DNA of 64,000 bases from Calditrichia bacterium (lineage in GTDB: Bacteria; Calditrichota; Calditrichia; JAJRVZ01). Made by a program: the position numbers and the translations under genes. Where the stretch lies: NCBI GenBank assembly GCA_963796965.1, contig CAWCNS010000011.1:224001-288000 (forward strand), given 5' to 3'. Below, in pieces: positions 1 to 9,190 of the stretch. Each line of letters opens with the position of its first letter. The first letter of the stretch is position 1. Below the pieces are notes generated by a model, which saw only the letters and a list, made by a program, of their open reading frames with translations, searched no databases and was not told the DNA's origin.

Positions 1-614
1 TTATATCTGGGATTATGTGGTCAATTTCAGTCACTATATTATGCCCTATCCCAACTTCCGTGTACTGAAGAACAATATCAGGATGTTTCGTGACAATAAG
101 GCGATCGGGATCATGGAACAGGCCGCTTATCAGAGCCGCGGCGGTGAGTTCGCCGAACTACGGGCGTATGTTATTTCAAAACTCCTGTGGAATCCGGAAT
201 GCGATACCGAGGCATGTGATTAATGATTTTATGTATGGCTATTATGGACGCAGCGGACAATATGTCCGCCAATACTTTGAACTGCTGCACGGGCGTCTCA
301 CAGCAGATACACATATTCATCTTGGCCTGAGACCCGATGACAAACTCTTTACCGACGATTTTATCAACCAGGCCGATGAGATCTTTGACGCTGCCGAAAC
401 TGTAGCAGATAACGAGGAGATACGGCAACGGGTGGAAATGGCTCGTCTGCCGCTTATGTATTTGAAATGCAGACGCTCACCTGTCGCCGCTAAGTACGAG
501 GGGACCTATGACCGGTTAAAACAAATCGTGAAACGGGAGGGGATTACCCACTTTGCCGAAGCGGGGCAACTTCATTTTGAAGATTTTTATAAAAGTATAG
601 AATCGGCTAAATAG
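1..614 (+). CDS. DUF4838-like protein, C-terminal part (runs off window edge; frameshift near 215)
   Basis: Two overlapping ORFs join as ...YPNFRVLKNNIRMF...EFAELRAYVISKLLWNP / VINDFMYGYYG..., a pattern typical of DUF4838 proteins. Confidence 0.6.
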
Positions 615-874
615 TATAAAAGAACAGCATGGCTCAAGATAAGATAAAAGAGTAAAGATCAAAGATGAAATAGAGCAGAGAAGCAGAAATCCGAAAGCAG
701 TATAAAGAAAATTATAGGATATCTAATTTAATTATGCATATTAAATTGAGTATCACAGAGAAAATTAACACTTAATCAGCATTTAATTTCTGCTTTCTGC
801 TTCTCTACTTTTCTGTTTTCTGAAAAATAATTTGTGGATTAAAAGAATTTATCTTTTTGCGTTTAAATATTTAA

Positions 875-3306
875 TTGGAGACATCTATGCTCAATTCTAA
901 ATCCGGTTTCGTCATTATGTCACTTGCCCTGCTTCTATTTACAAACATCACAGTGACTGCTCAGACACCGGTCATAGAATTCAAGACCGGTGAATGGATC
1001 AAGCAATGGCTGCTCTGCGGCCCCATTCCCCTGAAAAAAACTGACAGGCCTGTTCCGGATAGCAAACATCTCCTCGGATTTGAGACGGATTATTTACTCA
1101 AGTTGGGTGGTGAGGCCGCAGCGGATATCAAGTCGGGTCAAAAATTCAGATATAATGGCAATACAGTTTTTTTTACACCTCATAGCGCCAAAGATACGAT
1201 GATAGATCTGGATCTGGCTCTGTCCAGGAGTGATAATGTTCTTGCCTATGCCTATTGTGAGATCGAATCCAGGGAAGACATAGTGGCGGTCCTCGCCCTG
1301 GGCAGTAATGACGGCGGAAGGGCCTGGCTGAATGGTGAACGTATCTGGGACTATACAGGCGCCCGCGGCCTGTTCGCTGACAACGACAAAGTCCCTGTAT
1401 TTTTAAAAAAAGGTCGAAATAAATTATTGTTGAAAATTGAGGAACGCGGCAATGACTGGGGATTTTGTGCTCGTTTTTTATCTTTTGAGGCCGGGACCTT
1501 TGTAAAGGATGTTCCGCTTTTTTCAGTTATAACCGGGATAGATGGTCAGGCGCTTTTGCGTTTCCTCCCCGCTGAATCTGCCATCAACCGGCTGTTCAGG
1601 GATGTTGAATTAAGAATTACCAGCAAAGAAAATAGCGACAAGAACCTGTGGCAAGGCAAATGGACAAAGACAAGAGAGACCATCCTCTTTCCTGAGAATA
1701 CATCCTATGGTGAATTTGTATTGCACCTGGACGCTGTTCTGACAGATGGGAAAAATTGGACAGTAAAAATTCCCTTTCTGATGGGCGTCAGAGATGAAAA
1801 CGGACTTTTTACGGGTAAAATGAGTGATTACCAGGTAAAAGCATTTGGTGCAAGCGGTGACGGTAAAAATATGGATACACAGGCCATACAAATGGCTGTT
1901 GACAGTTGTGCGAAAAGCGGCGGCGGTACGGTTTATTTTCCGCCTGGCGTCTATCTCTGCGGCAGTATCCATTTAAAAAGCGAAGTTGCCCTTTACTTAG
2001 ATCATGGCGCCACATTAATGGCCAGCTCCAATGATGAGGACTTTGATCCGTATGAAAATCTGGATTTTGAAAACGATGCTGATCATGAAACAAGTTTTTT
2101 TCACTTTGCTCTGATTTGGGGAGAAGATGTAAAGCGAATAGTGATCCTGGGGAGCGGAACCATCGATGGTAATCGTAACAAACGTGGTGGTCCCAAACCA
2201 ATAGCCCTTAAACGCTGCCAAAATGTAACCATTAAAGATATCACAATACTTAACGCACCGAATTATGCCATCAGTCTTGTTAGGGACTGATTATGTCAAT
2301 ATTGATGGCGTCTCTATTCTAAATGGTTATTGCGATGGGATTGATCCCGACGCCTGTCATCACGTGCGGATTTCAAACTGTCATATCGATTGCTATGATG
2401 ATGCGATTGTTCCCAAAGCCAGTTTCTCTCTCGGATACCATCGTTCGACAGAATTTCTCACCGTGACCAATTGTCAACTTGCAACAAATTGCAATGCTTT
2501 CAAATTAGGCACTGAGTCCGGTGGCGATTTTAAATATATTACCGTGAGCAATTGTGTCATGTTCAACCGTTCTGTTGGGAGACCACCTACTTCAGGAATT
2601 TCATTAGAAACGGTAGATGGTGCTGACATCGATGGTGTTACGATTAATAATATATCCATGAACAATATACGCGTTCCCATCTTTTTGCGCCTGGGCAACC
2701 GTGGACGGGATATGGAGAAAGCAGTTCCCGGTACTCTGAAGAATGTGATTATCAGTAATATAACCGCTAACGGTGCTGAAAGCGCTTGTCCTATAGCAGG
2801 GATTCCTGGTCACAACATCAATAATATTTTACTTGACAATATCAATATCACCTATAACGGTGGTGGAGCCAGTGAGCAAAATAAAGTAAATGTACCTGAA
2901 CTCATAGATAAATATCCCTCGGCAACAATGTTCAAAGAACTCCCCTCTTATGGTTTTTATCTCAGACACGTTTCGGGTATCAAAATCGAGGATGTTCGGT
3001 TATCATTAAGTACCCCGGATTTAAGATATGCTCTTTATGCAGATGATTGTGATGAGCTCGAAATCGAATCATTTGGTACGCAATTAATAGAGGATGGGGC
3101 CGCTATCATTGCTCTGAAGAATATTCAGGAAGCTGACTATCCGAAATTGTAATCCGCCTGAAGGTACAGATCAATTTTTAGATATATTCGGAGAAATGAG
3201 CGAAAAAATCATCCTGATCAATAATGATTTTGAGTGGGTGGCAGATGTTTACCAAAAAAATGAAGATGTGCACGAGCATGCGATAAGAGAATTATTTAAC
3301 TACTAA
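875..3306 (+). CDS. Glycoside hydrolase family 28 / pectin-lyase-fold protein with N-terminal PA14-like module (frameshifts near 2280 and 3140)
   Basis: Signal peptide; WLLCGP...GSNDGGRAWLNG...LKKGRNKLLLK module; FGASGDG..DTQAIQ..GGGTVYFPPG; CDGIDPD, DDAIVPK, FKLGTES; the last frame ends at TAA 3304-3306. Confidence 0.8.
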
Positions 3307-3323
3307 ATGTAAAAATTCCTACC

Positions 3324-3467
3324 TTTTTCACGCAAAGGCGCTAAGACATACAACTAATATAAATATTATGCTTAGAGCATGGTCCATAGAGAATTGCGCG
3401 ATATGAAAACGCCATGTTTTCTTTGCGCTTTATTTTAAATAATCTTTGCGACTTTGCGTGAGAAAAA
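3324..3467. repeat. Inverted pair of (CGCAAAG)n / (CTTTGCG)n arms; solo arms at 26778-26800 and 51084-51113
   Basis: tttttcacgcaaaggcgctaaga (3324-3346) versus tctttgcgactttgcgtgagaaaaa (3443-3467). Confidence 0.7.
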
Positions 3468-3506
3468 TGTATTATACAATAGCTTTTTATCAACATCTGG
3501 AGGAAA

Positions 3507-5110
3507 ATGAATTGGTTTGCAAATGTGGATAACTATGAGAAATTCATTCCCTACATTTCTTTAGATTCATACTTACAGGCCTTCGTATTTTTGTAGGCTG
3601 GCATTTTTTATATGAAGGGATCTCCAAATTATTTGCACCCAATTGGTCGTCTACAGGTTTTCTTATGGGATCACACTGGTTTTTTTCATCATTTTTTCAC
3701 TGGATTGCTGAAACGCCAGGCATTCTGACAATCGTTGATCAAATCAATATATGGGGATTGATTCTCATTGGCTTATTTCTCTTTTTCGGTCTCTTCACCC
3801 GCGCAGTAAGTGCTGCAGGTGCTTTCTTACTTATTCTCTATTATGTCGCCCAACCACCCTTGATCGGATTTATGGGTGAGGCTACCGGAGAAGGTCATTA
3901 TCTTATCGTCAATAAGATTCTCATAGAAGGTCTTATCCTGGTTGTATTCTTATTTTTGCCTCAGCAAGTATTATATGGATTAGACCGCTGGTTTTCCCGG
4001 CTAAAAAATGGGCAAACAGATAGAGATGATTTACCTACCAAAGATGAAGGCCGAAGGGAATTTCTCAAAGACCTGGTTACTGTTCCCTTATTTGGTGGAT
4101 TTGTATATTCTGTTTTCAAAAAACAACAATGGGAAAGTTTTGAAGAGAGACACCTTATCAGCCAGCCCAGCCGCACCGATGCCACTACCGGCGCAAGTCC
4201 TACTGGCCTTAGTTATACAAATTTAAGTGAATTAACCGCTAAAGTTTCATCTGGAAAGTTGGGCGATTTTGAAATAAGCCGTATGATATGTGGTGGGAAT
4301 CTTATCAGCGGGTATGTACATTCGCGGGATTTAATCTATGTATCTTCCCTCGTTCAAAGTTATTTCACTGATGAACGCGTTTTGGAAACCATGTATTTAT
4401 GCGAGGCCTGTGGTATTAATACAATTATACTGCGGGTGGATACAAATACGCTCAGAATCATGGAGAAATACCGCCATCGAAACGGAAAAATGCAATGGAT
4501 AGCCCAGGTAAAAATTCGCGATGTTGATATTAAATCTGATATTGATGCTGCTGTTGATAATGGTGCCATGGGGGCCTATATCCATGGTGGTGTCGCAGAT
4601 GAATGTGTTGCCCAGGGACAGGTTGACCTTCTGGTTAAGGGTGTGGACTATATCAAGAAGAGAGGCGTTTTGGCCGGCATGGCCGGACATGAGCTCGATG
4701 TGATTATTGAATGTGAAAAAGCCGGGTTAGATCCTGACTTCTATATGAAAACCCTGAACAGTGGAAATTACTGGACCGCCGGACCTCGTCTGATCCAGGA
4801 TCCGGATTGGCAGCCAAATCCACTCACCAAAGTTGAACCGGAATATAATAAGAAGATAAAGGACAACATCTGGGAAGTAACACCAAGACAAACAATAGAA
4901 TATATGAAAACGGTTAAAAAACCCTGGATCGCCTATAAAGTTTTTGGAGCCGGTGCAATTAAGCCAAAAGAGGGTCTGCAGTATGTCTTTGAGAATGGCG
5001 CTGATTTTGCCTGCGTTGGCATGTTTGATTTTCAAGTGGTAGAGAATGTTAATCTACTTAATGATATCTTAAAAGGTAATTTAGTAAGAAAAAGATCCTG
5101 GTATTCATAA
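3507..5110 (+). CDS. DoxX-family membrane domain fused to a soluble oxidoreductase-like (aldo/keto-reductase-like) domain; 5' frameshift
   Basis: GGAGG precedes ATG 3507; LRIFVGWHFLYEGISKL and YLIVNK DoxX motifs; internal RREFLK; GKLGDFEISRMICGGN and KPWIAYKVFGAG. Confidence 0.7.
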
Positions 5111-5115
5111 TAATT

Positions 5116-5163
5116 GTAGAGACGTCCCGCATCTAAGACCCCGTTACACGGGGTGGGACGTCT
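5116..5163 (+). repeat. GTAG-tagged REP-like hairpin with a 26-bp inserted module
   Basis: GTAG-agacgtccc-[gcatctaagaccccgttacacggggt]-gggacgtct followed by a T-run; may also act as terminator. Confidence 0.75.
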
Positions 5164-5233
5164 TTTTTTAAAATATAATAATTTATTGGAAGCTTATTTT
5201 AGGGATTGATGAATTAGAGAATATCTGCCATAA

Positions 5234-5590
5234 TCAATGCATAAGAAATTCTTCGATCTGATTCCTGTTTCGGTCGGTTAAATTTTCAAATTTGCAGCCA
5301 ATACCAATTTTTTCTAATGTTTCATCGGTAAGTGCCCAGGTAATTTGCAAATCTGCGTTCAGGGGAAAATTTAGTTTTTGCGGTGATTCGATCTTCAATA
5401 ACACTATTTTATCGCCCTTTTGAGGTAATTTCCTACAATCATCTTTGGAGATGGCGATACAAATACCTCCCTTACTCACGTTTACAACCTTTGCGTATAT
5501 GATTCTATCAGAATTAAAATCATAAAAGTTGACAGAGGTTTTATCCTCGGCTGAAAAAACTACCCGATTGTCGAGACGATTTTCACGCAT
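5234..5590 (-). CDS. PilZ domain protein
   Basis: ENRLDNR (RxxxR) and NVSKGG (D/NxSxxG) c-di-GMP-binding motifs; IGCKF near C-terminus. Confidence 0.8.
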   Translation of the reverse strand: MRENRLDNRVVFSAEDKTSVNFYDFNSDRIIYAKVVNVSKGGICIAISKDDCRKLPQKGDKIVLLKIESPQKLNFPLNADLQITWALTDETLEKIGIGCKFENLTDRNRNQIEEFLMH

Positions 5591-5930
5591 AATTACACAC
5601 TATAAATTTGGATTGTTTTTTTGAGACACCGTAAAGTTTATTATCACCCTAATATGGGTGGTAATTTGGGTTATTTCAACCCTTACTTATCATTATCGAC
5701 AGAAAAATTAAAAGTATAGCTTATGTGGGATAAATTTTAATGTTTTGGCTAAAGCCAATATCAGGGAGGAAGAAAAATTGTAATTTATAATTAGGAATTG
5801 GGAACTGGATATTGTTGACTGGTAAAGAAATCTCTATTCTTTGTCTCTACCAGTTCGTTGATTATAAGCCACATTGGGGTTAAACCCACTTGTTCGAGAA
5901 TAACTTCCAACTGATTATAAATACATAAAA

Positions 5931-5962
5931 CTTGGTAATTCGCTGTTGGATATTGGATATTT
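5931..5962 (+). repeat. TTGGATATTGGATATT repeat family (also 33677-33713, 47989-48020 and an interrupted copy at 6115-6167)
   Basis: attcgctgttggatattggatatt is identical at 5938-5961 and 47995-48018. Confidence 0.75.
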
Positions 5963-6057
5963 ATGCTAACTGATAAATAAAATATCCAATAATCATCAGA
6001 GAATAATCAACCGAAAAGGTTTGCTAAGATTATCCGAAACACATTCTAAATATTGAC

Positions 6058-6108
6058 CAGGGCGGACCCACCCCGTGGCACGGGGTCTTAGATGCGGTCC
6101 GCCCCTAC
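6058..6108 (-). repeat. GTAG-tagged REP-like hairpin carrying the same inserted module as 5116
   Basis: Minus strand reads GTAG-gggcggacc-[gcatctaagaccccgtgccacggggt]-gggtccgccc. Confidence 0.75.
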
Positions 6109-6206
6109 TTGAAAATTGATTATTCCGTGTTGTCCGAAGGACTCCTTTGGAGACTATTGAACATTGAGTTGTGCCCCTAAACGCTCTACTCTCAACGCTT
6201 TACGCT

Positions 6207-7463
6207 TTATGATCTAATCTGCCCTTCCCCTAGAATAACATATTTATAACTGGATAATTCTTTAATACCAACCGGCCCGCGGGCATGCAATTTATCGGTG
6301 CTGATCCCCATCTCTGCCCCCATACCAAACTCTCCCCCATCAGTAAACCGGGTCGAAGCATTGACATATACGGTCGCTGAATCCACGTTTTGGGTAAAAA
6401 GATCCCTACTCTGCTCAGATTCTGTGATAATTGCATCAGAGTGCTGCGATCCATATTTATTGATGTGATCAACGGCTTCACGAATATCCGCAACAACCCT
6501 AACGGATAAGATCAAATCCAGATACTCCGTATACCAGTCATCTTCACTGGCCTCAACTGCATTGGGTATAAATTCTCTGGTTCTTCGATCCCCTCTTATT
6601 TCGACACCCTGCTCCTGTAAGCGAGCAGCAATTTTAGGCAGAAAGGTACCGGCTATATCCTGATGAACCAGCAAAGTTTCCATGGCGTTACAAACTCCGG
6701 GTCTCTGACATTTTGCATTTACAGCAATCTCAAGCGCCATTTGCAAATTTGCATTAGCATCAACAAAGGTATGGCAGACCCCCTTATAATGTTTTAGTAC
6801 CGGGACGCGCGCCATTTCAGCCACAGCCCTTATCAACCCCTCCCCCCCTCGGGGAATAATAAGATCGACAAGACCTTCAAGCTGAACTAACTCCTTAACC
6901 GCATCACGATCAGAAGTTTGTATCAACTGAATCGCATGACGAGGTAACCCCTTTTTTATTCCACCTGCCTGCATGGCCTTACAGATTGCCTGATTGCTAT
7001 GCATGGCTTCGCTTCCACCTTTGAGAATCACAGCATTTGACGATTTAATGCAGAGTGAAGCAGCATCTGCGGTAACATTTGGTCTTGATTCATAAATGAT
7101 CCCGATCACACCAATAGGCACCCGTACTTTTCTTATTTTTAATCCATTGGGTCTGATATCTTCACTTATTATTGATCCAATTTCATCGCTTAAAGATATG
7201 ACATCTAAGATCCCTTGTATCATTCCATCTATGCGATTATCGTTTAATTCCAGCCGGTCCAGCATGGCCTCAGATAATCCATTCTTTTCCCCGCGCTTAA
7301 GATCCTCTTGATTAACGAGCTGAATTTCCTGTCGCTGAAGATTTATTTCTTCTGCCATAGCGTCAAGGATTTTATTCTTTTGATCAGGGCTAATAGATAC
7401 CATTTCTCTCGCAGCAGCCTGAGCCTGTTCGCCTGTTCTCTTGATTTCACCCTTCAAACTCAT
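6207..7463 (-). CDS. proA: Gamma-glutamyl phosphate reductase
   Basis: VPIGVIGIIYESRPNVT, IIPRGGEGLI, CNAMETLL, NASTRFTDGGEFGMGAEMGIST motifs. Confidence 0.97.
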   Translation of the reverse strand: MSLKGEIKRTGEQAQAAAREMVSISPDQKNKILDAMAEEINLQRQEIQLVNQEDLKRGEKNGLSEAMLDRLELNDNRIDGMIQGILDVISLSDEIGSIISEDIRPNGLKIRKVRVPIGVIGIIYESRPNVTADAASLCIKSSNAVILKGGSEAMHSNQAICKAMQAGGIKKGLPRHAIQLIQTSDRDAVKELVQLEGLVDLIIPRGGEGLIRAVAEMARVPVLKHYKGVCHTFVDANANLQMALEIAVNAKCQRPGVCNAMETLLVHQDIAGTFLPKIAARLQEQGVEIRGDRRTREFIPNAVEASEDDWYTEYLDLILSVRVVADIREAVDHINKYGSQHSDAIITESEQSRDLFTQNVDSATVYVNASTRFTDGGEFGMGAEMGISTDKLHARGPVGIKELSSYKYVILGEGQIRS

Positions 7464-8630
7464 TTAGATCCCCCATCACTTTCAATTACGACCACCATAT
7501 TATCCCGGTGGATGACTTCTTCATAATCTTTATACCCAAGTATTTTTTCAATTTCAGAACTTCTATGCCCCATAATTTTTTCAATTCTATCACTGGAATA
7601 GTCAACTAATCCACGGGCAATCAAATTTCCGGATAAAGTTTTCACATTAACCAATGTACCTTTACTAAAATACCCTTCTATCTTTTTCACGCCTATTGGT
7701 AAAAGGCTATGGCCATTATTTTCAATTGCCTTTCTTGCGCCTTCGTCTATATATAGAGTGCCATGTGTTTTATGAAAAAAAGCAATCCAGCGCTTACGAC
7801 CCTTTATTTTTGATCTTATTTCACGGGTGGAACCACCAATTAATGTCCCTGAATCAATTCCATTCATAATGCCTGTGATAATTTGTTTTTTCCTGCCATC
7901 AGCAATCACTACCCGTGCACCCACATGAGAGGCAGCTTGTGCGGACTGAAGTTTGGATTCCATGCCCCCCAAAGAAAGTGCGCTCGCCTTCCCCCGGACC
8001 AAAGACATATCATTTGAGCTAACAGATCTAAGATAGGGAATTCGTTCTGGCTTTTTCAGTTCCATAGCCAGCCTGAAGTCCATTCGTGGTAGTCATTAAC
8101 AACAAAACCTCCGCTTCGATCAAAATCGTTACCAGGGAGGCCAGCATATCATTATCACCAAATTTTATCTCATCCACAGAAACCACATCATTTTCGTTCA
8201 CCACCGGAATAATTTTTTCCCGTAAGAGTTCCAGCATCGTATTTCTGGCATTAAGATGCCGGGTGCGATTTTTTAAATCATCATGGGTTAGAAGTACCTG
8301 GCCGATGCGCACATCTTCTTTTGAAAACAAATCCTCATAAAGGTGCATTAGTCGAACCTGTCCAACTGCTGCCGCCATCTGTAATTGTGGGAGGGTATTT
8401 GGTTTGGATGTCATATTTAAGGAATCGATTCCAACGGCAATCGCTCCGGAAGAAACCAGTACAATCTCTTTGTTGGATTTATGAAAGTGGGCAAGCTCTT
8501 TCACCAACGAACGCATCCGTGATAAATTGGGTTTACCATTTTCATCTACAAGCACTCTGCTGCCAAGTTTGATGACAATGCGGTTTGCCTTGGCTAATGC
8601 TTTTCTCTGATCTATATTTTCAAATTTCAC
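7460..8630 (-). CDS. proB: Glutamate 5-kinase with PUA domain (frameshift near 8060)
   Basis: IVIKLGS, VSSGAIA, NENDVVS..FGDND, GGMESKL, SLLPIGV; directly upstream of proA. Confidence 0.95.
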
Positions 8631-8631
8631 A

Positions 8632-9190
8632 ATTTTTGTCCACGAATTACGCCCGTAAAACGGGCCAGGCCGAATTTAGACGAATTTCACTGATTATAAA
8701 ACTATTCTTTGATATTTAAGACTCTTCTCTCCAAAATTGATGAGCAATCCAAGTTTAAGATCAGAGGATTTAAGATAATTCAAAATTTGAGAGATATGGC
8801 TGCAGTTTAGTTTTTCAATCGCTTTTATTTCCAAAACTATTTTATCATAACAAATAAAATCAGCATAGTACTTCTTTTTTAATCGAATCCCTTTAAAGTA
8901 TATATCTAATCCCACTTCACGTTGAAAAAATATTTCTCGCTTCTCAAATTCAATTTCAAGAGATTCTTTATATACAGATTCAAGATATCCACAACCTAAA
9001 CTTTTATGAACCTCAAAACAAGCGCCAATAATTTTATAACTTTCCTGAGAATAAATGAGATCTGCCATGCAATTTATGCATCACATATCATGCCAAGATT
9101 CTTTAAGATTTAAAATATTTTTAAATAATTTGTGAAATTCGTCAAAATTCGGCCTGGCCCGTTTTACGGGCGTAATTCGTGGACAAAAAT
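8632..9190. mobile_element. Putative element: 59-bp inverted repeats (8632-8690, 9132-9190) enclosing the GxxExxY gene
   Basis: Arms are 58/59 identical as reverse complements; mobility is inferred, not shown. Confidence 0.6.
8694..9068 (-). CDS. GxxExxY family protein (PD-(D/E)XK-like nuclease fold)
   Basis: LGCGYLESVY, ADFICYDKIVLEIKA, QILNYLK, GLLINFG. Confidence 0.95.
   Translation of the reverse strand: MADLIYSQESYKIIGACFEVHKSLGCGYLESVYKESLEIEFEKREIFFQREVGLDIYFKGIRLKKKYYADFICYDKIVLEIKAIEKLNCSHISQILNYLKSSDLKLGLLINFGEKSLKYQRIVL

Noticed and set aside
5591..5725. c-di-GMP riboswitch or sigma28 promoter upstream of PilZ
   Set aside because: Two hairpins and GTCGATAA are present on the minus strand, but riboswitch consensus nucleotides are missing and the -35 match and spacing are poor.
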